This document shows positions 53,227-62,316 of a stretch of 64,000 nt of DNA, in pieces. The stretch's first letter is position 1. Every line of letters begins with the position of its first letter. Source of the DNA: Candidatus Gastranaerophilales bacterium. GTDB taxonomy: Bacteria; Cyanobacteriota; Vampirovibrionia; Gastranaerophilales; JANQFW01. A model generated the notes under the pieces. It was not told where the DNA came from and made no database searches. It saw only the letters and a program-made list of their open reading frames with translations. Location: NCBI GenBank assembly GCA_028277625.1, contig JANQFW010000089.1, positions 15,815 to 79,814 of the forward strand. The letters are read 5' to 3'. The position numbers and the translations under genes were made by a program.

Positions 53227-54522
53227 ATGGAAAAGTTTACAGGCTTTATTGGTATTTTTATAATTTTGGGCTTAGCCTTTTTGCTCTCTAATAACAGGAA
53301 AGCTATAAACTATAAACTTGTAGTAACAGGATTGTTACTGCAAAGTATACTAGCAATTTTTATTTTAAAAGTACCGTTGGGACAGCTAATTTTTAAGAAG
53401 TTAGCTGATTTTATTAATCTTATTTTGGATTTTTCTGATAAGGGGTCAGAATTTGTTTTTGGGCCGTTAATGCAAAAAGAATTATTAGTTAAAGCTTTTG
53501 GTGAAGGTAATGACTTTGTGTTTATATTTAAGGTATTGCCTACAATTGTTTTTATTACTTCATTGGTTAGTATTTTATATCATTATGGGGTTATTCAAAA
53601 ACTAATCAGTGTTGTTGCCAAGATCGTACACAGGCTGATGCATGTAAGCGGAAGTGAAGCTCTTTCTAATATATCAAGTGTTTTTGTTGGTCAGGTTGAA
53701 GCTCAAATACTTATAAAGCATTATGTCCCTACTATGACAAAGTCAGAGCTATTGGCTTCTATGTCTGGTAGCTTGGCATGTATTGCTGGTGGTGTAATGG
53801 CTGTATACATAGGATTGGGAATACCTGCTGAGTATTTGTTGACAGCAAGTGCTATGGCTATACCCGGGGCCTTGGTTATATCAAAAATAGTTTACCCTGA
53901 GACTGAAGAATCTAAAACAAAAGACTCTATTACCTTGGACGTTGAAAAAAACACTGTGAATTTTGTAGATGCGATTGCACATGGAGCAAGTGAAGGGTTG
54001 AAAATATCACTAAATGTAGTTGCAATGATAATTTCTTTTATTGCTATTGTGAAAATGGTTGATTATTTTATTGGGTTCACTGGTACTGTTTTTGCAAATA
54101 TGGGAATTTCATTAGGATTTATTGGACTTGATATAAATAGTTTAAGTTTGAAAGATATATTTGGTTCTATATTTTCTTTAGTTGCCTGGACAATGGGTGT
54201 ACCTTGGGCAGATGCTCATACTGTGGGCTCTTTAATGGGAACGAAGTTAGTTATAAATGAATTTGTAGCATACTTAGATTTAATGCCTATTATTAGTGGT
54301 TCAACTAATGTTTTACTTTCTGATAAGTCTATTTTGATTTCAACATTTGCTTTGTGCGGATTTGCAAACTTTGGATCTGTTGCGGTTCTTGTTGGTGGTA
54401 TTGGTCAGTTGGCTCCAAATAGAAGGCAAGATATTGCAAGGTTAGGCTTTAAAGCTCTTATTTGCGGGACTATGGCATCTTATTTGTCAGCAACAATCGC
54501 AGGAATATTAGGGTCTTTTTAA
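53227..54522 (+). CDS. nupC: NupC-family concentrative nucleoside transporter
   Basis: 431-aa polytopic protein with CNT motifs (..SEALSNISSVFVGQVEA.., ..CGFANFGSVAVLVGGIGQLAPNRR..). Confidence 0.9.
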   Translation: MEKFTGFIGIFIILGLAFLLSNNRKAINYKLVVTGLLLQSILAIFILKVPLGQLIFKKLADFINLILDFSDKGSEFVFGPLMQKELLVKAFGEGNDFVFIFKVLPTIVFITSLVSILYHYGVIQKLISVVAKIVHRLMHVSGSEALSNISSVFVGQVEAQILIKHYVPTMTKSELLASMSGSLACIAGGVMAVYIGLGIPAEYLLTASAMAIPGALVISKIVYPETEESKTKDSITLDVEKNTVNFVDAIAHGASEGLKISLNVVAMIISFIAIVKMVDYFIGFTGTVFANMGISLGFIGLDINSLSLKDIFGSIFSLVAWTMGVPWADAHTVGSLMGTKLVINEFVAYLDLMPIISGSTNVLLSDKSILISTFALCGFANFGSVAVLVGGIGQLAPNRRQDIARLGFKALICGTMASYLSATIAGILGSF

Positions 54523-54692
54523 CGGATTTAATGTAAACAACTATATTAAGAGAAAGTTAACTATATCCTGTCTTGCTAAAAAAAATACAAGAATAAAGGC
54601 TTATTTATGGACTGTACCGTTTCAGTTTTAACTAGATAGCTTCTAATATTTAAGCTCTTATTGTAAAAACATATATGACTATTGGTTAATAC

Positions 54693-54797
54693 AAAAAAAA
54701 CTTCTTGTTGGGTGAAACAAGAAGGGAATTAAGGATTTTAGCAAGTGTGTAGGTAGTATATATAATATGGTTTTATTGGAGTTTTGTTGTATCTTAT
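54693..54797 (-). ncRNA. candidate small RNA, family 2 copy B (about 100 nt)
   Basis: Minus strand: GCAATT (54826-31)-N19-TATATA (54801-06), 21-nt core (54734-54) identical to copy A, terminator CTTCTTGTT/AACAAGAAG (54701-24) plus T8 (54693-700). Confidence 0.5.
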
Positions 54798-54981
54798 GTA
54801 TATATAAAGTTATTTACTTTAAAAAAATTGCTTAATTTAAAAAAAAATTTTGATTAGTGCTTTCTAATTTTTAATAAAAAAATGGTGATGTATTTAACAA
54901 CATCACCTGTTTGGTATTTTCCGCCTTTGTGTTTGCCTTATGGTCTCTTCTTCCAATATTTAATTAAATATTTTTAGATAA

Positions 54982-55335
54982 TTATATCATTATGCTAAGT
55001 CTTGTTCCTGTTGTTGAACCAAATGTCGATCTATTATCTACGATTTTAACAATTGTTTCTAAATTCTCTCTTAATCTTTTAGCATCTTTATTTAAGTGTT
55101 CGACTTTATTTTTTTTGCCACTATCAACCAAGCTTGTAAGCTTATTGATTGCTTTTTCTAATATCTTATTCTCGTTATTATCATCCCTGTGGGCAAATGG
55201 TTTTAATGGGTAACCAACCGGTGTGTATCCAAAACCTATATTCTTTTTAGGTTGGCTTAAAGGGGAATTATTATTTGTTTTGTTTATATTATAATTGAAT
55301 TTATTATTATCTATATTGTTTATATTATTCATCAT
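54982..55335 (-). CDS. hypothetical Asn-rich protein
   Basis: 117-aa ORF with a low-complexity N-terminus. No family recognised. Confidence 0.4.
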   Translation of the reverse strand: MMNNINNIDNNKFNYNINKTNNNSPLSQPKKNIGFGYTPVGYPLKPFAHRDDNNENKILEKAINKLTSLVDSGKKNKVEHLNKDAKRLRENLETIVKIVDNRSTFGSTTGTRLSIMI

Positions 55336-55992
55336 TATTACTTTCCTCCAGTTACTGGAATTTTCATATTGGTATTATTAATTGCTTCGTTGTTTTTTGT
55401 AGTTTTCTCTGTTTTTTATTAGACATTAGTGACCTCTTTTTTAATAGTGTTTTATTTACACTTTATCTTGCTATTATTAAGTATTATGCAAAATGTGATT
55501 TTTGTCAACCCTTTTAAAAAAAAATTATTTTTATGTTTTTGTATACCTTGCTATAGCTGCTTATTAGAGGTTATAAAGTTTTTATAAAATTAGTTACGGT
55601 GTCAAAAAAAATATAAAGTGATAGTGATAAAATTAGGGAAATATATTTGTAAGATATATTTGTTTTTATTTTTAGTCTAACTGATTTAAATTAGTTTTTT
55701 ATTAGTTTATTCAAAAAAATTTTATTTATGTTTTTATTATATGTAAAATATATAATAAAGGCTCTTTTTCTACTTTTTTGGAAAATACATTTCTATATAA
55801 TGATATGTTAATAACCTATTAAATTATTTTAAAATGTTTTTTGTATTTTGCCGGGTTAGAAATAGATTAAGCGATAGTATAGATAGGTAATTCAATCCAA
55901 TATGCTTTTTATTTATTTTAAGAATAAGCCGCGCTGGTTAGCTTAAAGTCTATCTTTTGAAAGTTTATTTTGGATTGATAAGGATTTGCTAG

Positions 55993-57297
55993 ATGATAAT
56001 AAAAAAAATTATAATAATCTTTTTTATTTATAGTTTTTTTGTTTTTATACCTTCGACATTTGCGCAAATATCTAAATTGCTTTTTTTAAGCCAAGTTATT
56101 CAATCAGCAATCAGTAATAATTCTGAAATATTATCAGAAAGTTCTCGTTTGGATGTAAGTCGCGCTGAAATACTCTCAGCATCTGTGCTGGAAAATCCAT
56201 TTTTTACATTTGATAGCAACCTTGTAGAAAATAGTTTTGATTTTGGAGTACAGAGGATATTTGAAACAGGCGGATTGAAAGATAAAAGGGTAGATATAGC
56301 AACAACCAGGCATAAACTGGATTTAATAAATTTAGAATTGAAAAAGTTCGAATTAAAAAATAAGGTAAGAGCAGCTTACACAAAACATTATGTGAATCAG
56401 GAAAAATTAAAAAATTTTCGAGAATTATTGGGCTTTGTAAAAAATTTGCTTAAAAAAAAGGATATAAAAGATGTAATAAGATTCCAAGGGGAAGTTGTTT
56501 TATTAGAAATAGAACATAATATAGATAAAGCTGAACTGACAATCAGTCAATCTGATATGAATCTGGAAAAATTAATAGGGAAATCAATAGTAGAAAAGGA
56601 TTTAAGTCTTCATCCTCCAGATTCAGTGCCAGCGGCTTTAAAGCCTTTTGTCAACAAAAATTTTAGTAACCTTGAATATATACCAGTTCAATATATAAAA
56701 GCTTTTGCTTTAAGAAATAGACTTGAATTTAAGAAAATGCTAGAATTTATTAAGCTTTCAGAAAATCAAAAAAGATTAGCCCTTGCTAAAAGGTGGCCAT
56801 TGGTTTTATTAGAGGTAGGAGCAACGGTTAATTTTAATGAAAAAAAATCAAGACCTTTTTTTTCTGCAAACATTGAGCTCCCTTTGCTGGATAGGGATGA
56901 AGCTGAAATAGCAGCTGCAGATGCAAAAAAAGATCACTATAAAAAAACGTTAGAAATATTAAGAAGTAAAATTGATATAGAAGTTCAAGATGCATACCAA
57001 ACATTTAAGCTTAGTAAAAAGAGATTTGATCGATTTGAGCATTCTATTAAGCCAGAAGCAATAAGACACATAGAAAAATTAAGAGAAGAATATGACAATG
57101 AAGATATTTCCTTGATAGATAGGATAGGGGTAGAAAAATCAGTCTTGGAAATTTTGAATACATATTATGATGCATTGATTGATTATCAAACTTCCATAAT
57201 TGAACTTGATAAGGCAGTAGGAGTATTTAAGCTTTCTCCTTTATCAAAAAATGCTTTATATAATAGAGTCCCCGCTTTGAATAATCCAGGACAATAA
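55993..57297 (+). CDS. TolC-like outer membrane efflux protein
   Basis: 434 aa. Signal peptide. Two OEP-type repeats (..L.QVIQSAISNNSEIL......L.V.RAE...A...). Confidence 0.7.
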   Translation: MIIKKIIIIFFIYSFFVFIPSTFAQISKLLFLSQVIQSAISNNSEILSESSRLDVSRAEILSASVLENPFFTFDSNLVENSFDFGVQRIFETGGLKDKRVDIATTRHKLDLINLELKKFELKNKVRAAYTKHYVNQEKLKNFRELLGFVKNLLKKKDIKDVIRFQGEVVLLEIEHNIDKAELTISQSDMNLEKLIGKSIVEKDLSLHPPDSVPAALKPFVNKNFSNLEYIPVQYIKAFALRNRLEFKKMLEFIKLSENQKRLALAKRWPLVLLEVGATVNFNEKKSRPFFSANIELPLLDRDEAEIAAADAKKDHYKKTLEILRSKIDIEVQDAYQTFKLSKKRFDRFEHSIKPEAIRHIEKLREEYDNEDISLIDRIGVEKSVLEILNTYYDALIDYQTSIIELDKAVGVFKLSPLSKNALYNRVPALNNPGQ

Positions 57298-57413
57298 TAA
57301 ATAAAAAAGTAAAAAAGAAAGAAGATGTCTGTGATATATACTTATTATGTAAAGATATTGTAATAAATTATATTAAAAATGAAATCAAGGTTTTTTTTTT
57401 GTTTTTATATATG

Positions 57414-57466
57414 TGGGTGAAACAAAGGAAAATTAAGTAAAGTGTAATAAAGCTAAGTGTGTAGGT
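57414..57466. repeat. degenerate third copy of the family 2 element
   Basis: GGGTGAAACAA..GGAAAATTAAG...GCTAAGTGTGTAGGT aligns with 54710-54754 (GGGTGAAACAAGAAGGGAATTAAGGATTTTAGCAAGTGTGTAGGT). The minus-strand terminator half is lost. Confidence 0.45.
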
Positions 57467-57544
57467 AATAATAAAGAATTTTAATAATAATCTTCCTTAA
57501 ACTAAACTGACTCTTTTTTAAACTGGTAATGTACTAATAGTGCG

Positions 57545-57572
57545 GGTTCTTCGAAAAAGAACCTTTTTTTTT
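57545..57572 (+). terminator. rho-independent terminator
   Basis: GGTTCTT-CGAAA-AAGAACC followed by T9. Confidence 0.7.
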
Positions 57573-57597
57573 GCCAAAATTTCAATATTTAAATAAT

Positions 57598-57963
57598 TTA
57601 AAATGGAAAACCCGGGACAGCCAATTTAACCCCTTCAATTATATGTTCATAACCCTCTATATTCATAATATCTTTTGAACAGGTTATTTGGACTGGCATG
57701 TTTTTTTCAGCTTTTTTATAAGAAATTTTAACATTAAAAGCTTTTTCAAATACAGCCTGAGGGGCAGAAATAGAAAGAGTTAGGCCTTTAGCCTCAATTT
57801 TAAACCCTTGTTCTTGCAGTAGTTCAATTGCTTTGCTGATAGTTTCATCGCTAGCAAAATAGGGTTCTGGATTTGATATAGGATTAGTGCTATTTAAAAG
57901 CGAATGGCCAGACTTTGATTTTAAATAAACATTTGCCATTATAATATTATTCTTTTCATTCAT
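57598..57963 (-). CDS. stand-alone protease-prodomain-like protein (paralog of the N-terminus of the adjacent S8 peptidase)
   Basis: From ATG 57963 (AAGGA RBS): MNEKNNIIMANVYLKSKSGHSLL...ISKAIELLQEQGFKIEAKGLTLSISAPQAVFEKAFNVKI...IIEGVKLAVPGFPF. This aligns with MTNEKVMASVAFKTRSGMSLF...LIDILKQEGFEIESQTDVGVSFSGPRELFETSFRTKV...YAEAIKLAIPGIPF of 58054-60753. Confidence 0.6.
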   Translation of the reverse strand: MNEKNNIIMANVYLKSKSGHSLLNSTNPISNPEPYFASDETISKAIELLQEQGFKIEAKGLTLSISAPQAVFEKAFNVKISYKKAEKNMPVQITCSKDIMNIEGYEHIIEGVKLAVPGFPF

Positions 57964-58053
57964 TATTATTTTTCCTTTTATTTTAATTATAAAAAACAGG
58001 AGGAGAAGTATCACTCCCCTCCCGCTTTTTTTCTATATATAATTCTATGATCT

Positions 58054-60753
58054 TTATCTTTTAGAATCACCAATGCAAAAAGCACAGTTGTCAAAACCTT
58101 GCTTGTGTCCACGATCAATATCACCAAATGGTATTTTATTATAAGCACTCATTCTATCAATCCAAGAGCATCCTTTACGGTGAAGCTCGCGACTGTTTCT
58201 GTTTCCAATAAATGCAAAGTGAGAAACCCTAACAACAGTTGTGTACCTTCCAACATTTGCACCATCAATGTAAAGTGTTGAAACTATCGGATAATCTCCA
58301 TCAGGCGTTCCTTCTGGCACAGAGTAATAAACCGTTACTTTTGATTTTTCATTAGATTTAATATTCATATCATCAATTATAGCGGTTCCTCCTAAGTGAT
58401 TAAGAGTAGAATATAAAGAAGATTCATTTGTAATAGATAAGTTACTTAAGCTTGCACTATCTATTAATCTTTTTACTGTTTTTACCATTATACTAGAACC
58501 AGCTGGTAGACTTGAAACATCAATGTGTAAGTCTGCCTGATGTCCAGATCCGCTAGGTCCTTCTATATAGAAACTATGGTTTGATGAGCCACCAGGAATA
58601 ATATCGTTAATTCTAATGTTTTTCCAGGCTACGTTATTTTTGTTACGCACCATATTTACAAAATCTGTATCTGATGTAATTGTGGTAAGATCAGGTGCAG
58701 GGTCACTAGCGCTATCTAATATAGATATTAAGCAGAAATGACCAGTTGATGTAATATCAGCATCAGACCATACAATAGGCCCTACTACTTTAAATTCTCC
58801 AGGTTCAAGATCTTCTACTGTAACTTGACCAATATTTGTCCAGCTTGCAGGATTAGCAAACATTCCTGGATCAGTAAAGTAAACAGTTGCAGTACAATCT
58901 CCTGTTACGGTCCCTCTATTTTGTATACGTAAATATACATAGTTATCTTGACCATCTTCTGCTTCATCACTTAGATCATGACGATATTTAACAGTCATTC
59001 CAAGCTCATCTTGAGGGTTCAAAACTGGTTCATTTCTTACAATAATATCAGGACTAGTATATAAACGACTTGCAGTAACAGGCTCTGTTCCATTATCTAA
59101 AATACTATCTCTTATATAACAATTAAACTGAGTTGCATTTAAATAATTAACCGCTGCATCTGCGTCTACTAATCCAAATCCTGTTGCCGCGTCCCATCCA
59201 TCAGCTGCTGTATCAGGACCAGCACTGTTTGTACTTCCTGTTTGAATGTCAAAAGCAGAATTCTGGAGAATATTTTTAATAGCATTTGGTGTTAAGTTAG
59301 GATATTTTTCTAATAATAAGGCAGCAACACCTGCTGTTTGCGGAGCAGATGCAGAGGTTCCACTGCACGCACACCATCCGTCATTAGATCCGGTATTATC
59401 TCCGCTTGGGAATGCTGAACTTGATAGATCCACATCCATACTGTTACCTGGTTCAGTCGGAAGCATAATTAAAACTCCTCTTGGAGTTTCGCCAACTAAA
59501 CCTACAACATCAGGGCAATGTCTTTGTGGATTTGTAAACATAAAACTGTCAAAACTACTGGAGTAATTAGAAGCTCTAAATCCTCCCCCATCTATAGGGT
59601 ATGCTCCACCAACTGAAATCAAATCAGGAGTTGAAACAACCTTAGGATACCAAGAGCCTGGATTATCTGTATGGCCATTACCCGCTGAGAATATAACTGT
59701 AATTCCATTAGATACAGCGCTTACAATTTCAAGATGCAATAAGTTATCATAGCTACCGGTTCCCCAGCTGCAAGTAATGATATCAGGGGTTTGATGTTGC
59801 ACTGCAGCTTGGAACCCTGCTAGAGGGAAGTTAAGCCATGCTCCATTAGAATATTTTACAAAGGATAAAGTTGCACCTGGAGCAACGCCAAGAATGTTTG
59901 CTGCTTCAGCTGTACCATGTCCATATTCATCTCTATTTACATCTAGTCCGCCGACAGCTCTTATATCATCAAAAGTATAGCTGTTAGATAAATAATGAGG
60001 ATGAAGGCAACTGTAAACTATTTCAACACTTGTAGATCCGCTAGGTAGCTCAGATCCAAGAGTTATTATATTGTCACTAAAGCTTCCACCTGTAAAATAG
60101 TTAGTTCCCAAATGTGTTGGGTCTGAAGAAAGCCATACCCCATATACATGTCTAACAGTGTGGTCTGTGTCTACATGAGTTGAGTCCGTTGATGTATGGT
60201 TTTCTCTAACACGTGTAATAATACCAGTGTCAACCATAGATATACGCACACCATTGCCTGTATATCCAGCTGCATGAACTGTATCTGCGTTGAGTAGCCT
60301 TGGTACATCATTAATGGTTTCAATAAAATAATAAGGTGGAGTTGGGGTTGGATGGGTTGAATCATGAAAAGGAATTCCTGGTATTGCAAGCTTTATAGCT
60401 TCTGCATAAGGAGAGACCTTATCATTTAATAGGTTATGGTTTATAGCTTCGTTAAATAGAATTTTTTGTCTTGCCCTTCCTGGAGCCTGAAAGGTAGCTT
60501 CTCTTTTATCTACTTTTGTTCTAAAAGATGTTTCAAATAATTCTCTAGGGCCAGAAAAAGAAACTCCTACGTCTGTTTGTGATTCTATTTCAAAACCTTC
60601 TTGTTTTAAAATGTCAATCAGATTCTCTTGGCTATTTGATTTGGGTCTAAAATCATCAAGTTTGTTAAATGAAAATTTGTCAAAATCATCAAAAAGTGAC
60701 ATTCCACTTCTTGTTTTAAAGGCAACTGATGCCATTACTTTTTCATTAGTCAT
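58054..60753 (-). CDS. S8 subtilisin-family serine peptidase: N-terminal prodomain, large C-terminal region, terminal Ada-like Zn-ribbon motif, no signal peptide
   Basis: Catalytic D (RISMVDTGI), H (EYGHGTAEAANILGVAPGA) and S (GTSASAPQTAGVAALL) in D-H-S order. AGAGGAG RBS before the ATG at 60753. C-terminus is GNRNSRELHRKGCSWIDRMSAYNKIPFGDIDRGHKQGFDNCAFC. Confidence 0.9.
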   Translation of the reverse strand: MTNEKVMASVAFKTRSGMSLFDDFDKFSFNKLDDFRPKSNSQENLIDILKQEGFEIESQTDVGVSFSGPRELFETSFRTKVDKREATFQAPGRARQKILFNEAINHNLLNDKVSPYAEAIKLAIPGIPFHDSTHPTPTPPYYFIETINDVPRLLNADTVHAAGYTGNGVRISMVDTGIITRVRENHTSTDSTHVDTDHTVRHVYGVWLSSDPTHLGTNYFTGGSFSDNIITLGSELPSGSTSVEIVYSCLHPHYLSNSYTFDDIRAVGGLDVNRDEYGHGTAEAANILGVAPGATLSFVKYSNGAWLNFPLAGFQAAVQHQTPDIITCSWGTGSYDNLLHLEIVSAVSNGITVIFSAGNGHTDNPGSWYPKVVSTPDLISVGGAYPIDGGGFRASNYSSSFDSFMFTNPQRHCPDVVGLVGETPRGVLIMLPTEPGNSMDVDLSSSAFPSGDNTGSNDGWCACSGTSASAPQTAGVAALLLEKYPNLTPNAIKNILQNSAFDIQTGSTNSAGPDTAADGWDAATGFGLVDADAAVNYLNATQFNCYIRDSILDNGTEPVTASRLYTSPDIIVRNEPVLNPQDELGMTVKYRHDLSDEAEDGQDNYVYLRIQNRGTVTGDCTATVYFTDPGMFANPASWTNIGQVTVEDLEPGEFKVVGPIVWSDADITSTGHFCLISILDSASDPAPDLTTITSDTDFVNMVRNKNNVAWKNIRINDIIPGGSSNHSFYIEGPSGSGHQADLHIDVSSLPAGSSIMVKTVKRLIDSASLSNLSITNESSLYSTLNHLGGTAIIDDMNIKSNEKSKVTVYYSVPEGTPDGDYPIVSTLYIDGANVGRYTTVVRVSHFAFIGNRNSRELHRKGCSWIDRMSAYNKIPFGDIDRGHKQGFDNCAFCIGDSKR

Positions 60754-61112
60754 GGTGCTAACTCCTCTATCACTTAATATAATCAATCAAAATAAGTATT
60801 AGTTCAGAAATAATACTTATTTTTTTTAAGATATTTATTTGTTTTTTTTATGTTATAACCTGCTACTAGCACACTCATATATTTATATGATTTTTATAAG
60901 ATACATATAATCTTTTGTCAAATCTAATTAATAAGATATTTACTTAAATTTATTATTTTTATTTTGCTCTATTTAATGAGAGTTTTATTATAAAGTTATT
61001 TTTTTGAATTATTTTTATAAAAGAAAGCTAGTTTAAGCTGAATTTTTTATTCATTTGTACTGAAACTTATGATATGATTTTTGTAGATTAAATAGCTGTA
61101 GAGGAAAGAAAT

Positions 61113-61463
61113 ATGACAGATAATCGTCGTTGGTATGATAAAGACCCTTCATTAAAAGAAGCATTGGAGTTGCTGAGTTTATCTTCAAAAGATGATAAAG
61201 ATCAAGCGGCACAGTTTATTCAAAAGATGCAAGATCAAGTTGCAGCAGACGTCATCGAATCTGTCTATGAAACAATGAATACATATTGTGAAAAAGGAAA
61301 TAGATGGTACGATCAAGATCCTTTTATAATGAAAGCAATAGAATTATTAAGAGTTGCACCACCCCATGTACAAAGGGCTGCTGCTAAAAAATTAATAAAA
61401 GCTTTATCTAAAGATGATATAGAAAGCTTAGGCGTTGAAAGTCTAAATCTTGAAGAAGAATAA
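61113..61463 (+). CDS. hypothetical protein with internal duplication (RWYDxDP...A(L/I)ELL motif twice)
   Basis: RRWYDKDPSLKEALELLSL near the N-terminus and NRWYDQDPFIMKAIELLRV about 60 aa later. Stops 11 nt before folE2. Confidence 0.55.
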   Translation: MTDNRRWYDKDPSLKEALELLSLSSKDDKDQAAQFIQKMQDQVAADVIESVYETMNTYCEKGNRWYDQDPFIMKAIELLRVAPPHVQRAAAKKLIKALSKDDIESLGVESLNLEEE

Positions 61464-61474
61464 AAGAGTATAAT

Positions 61475-62278
61475 ATGGTTAATCAAAAACTAACAGATGT
61501 TCAAAGTTTAAAAGATAATAGAGGAATCGACATACAAAAAGTTGGAGTTAAGAATGTAGAGGTTCCTCTTAATATATTAAGAAAAAATGATAAAGCTCAG
61601 ATCGTAAGCGCAAAAGCTACAATGAGTGTATGTTTGCCTGCTAAATATAAAGGTACGCACATGTCTCGCTTTGTTGAAATACTTTGTGAGTGGAGTCAAA
61701 AAAAAATACTGGGTGATGATATAAAGGCTTTTCTCGAGGATACCAGAGAAAAACTTGGTGCTAAAAGTGCCGAGGTTGCTTTTGTTTTTACTTACTTTAT
61801 ATCTAAATCTTCACCGATAAGCAACCTTGTTAGCCAAATGGGTTATGAATGCTCATTTGAAGGCTATTTGGATGGAAATGATGATTATAAGTTTATTTTA
61901 GGAGTCAGTGTCCCGGTTACAACACTTTGTCCTTGCAGTAAAGAAATTTCTGATTATGGGGCGCATAACCAAAGAACAATAATTAAAGCAAAAATAAGCT
62001 ATCAGGAATATAATATAATTTGGCTGGAAGATTTGATAGACTTACTAGAAAGTTGTGGAAGCAGTAAAGTTTATCCTTTATTAAAAAGAGAAGATGAAAA
62101 ATTTGTAACTGAATATGCTTATAATAATCCTAAATTTGTAGAAGATGTGTTGAGGGAAACAATTTCAAAATTAAGGGATATTCCAGAAATTGAATGGTTT
62201 GAAATTGATTGTGAGTCTTTTGAAAGCATTCACAATCACTCAGCTTGGGCATACCAACAAGAGTTTGTGAGTAGTTAA
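61475..62278 (+). CDS. folE2: GTP cyclohydrolase FolE2/MptA (type IB)
   Basis: LTDVQSLKDNRGIDIQKVGVKNVEVPL, GTHMSRF and TLCPCSKEIS..GAHNQR are FolE2 signatures. Confidence 0.9.
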   Translation: MVNQKLTDVQSLKDNRGIDIQKVGVKNVEVPLNILRKNDKAQIVSAKATMSVCLPAKYKGTHMSRFVEILCEWSQKKILGDDIKAFLEDTREKLGAKSAEVAFVFTYFISKSSPISNLVSQMGYECSFEGYLDGNDDYKFILGVSVPVTTLCPCSKEISDYGAHNQRTIIKAKISYQEYNIIWLEDLIDLLESCGSSKVYPLLKREDEKFVTEYAYNNPKFVEDVLRETISKLRDIPEIEWFEIDCESFESIHNHSAWAYQQEFVSS

Positions 62279-62316
62279 AAGTTTTTTTAAAATAAAATAA
62301 TTATTTTTATTTTTTG

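Noticed and set aside
57390-57400. Long poly-T/poly-A tracts (T10 here and many A8-A10 runs elsewhere) as phase-variation sites
   Set aside because: A/T homopolymers of this length are frequent throughout this AT-rich sequence, mostly as parts of terminators or spacers. Only the G9 and G7 runs stand out compositionally.
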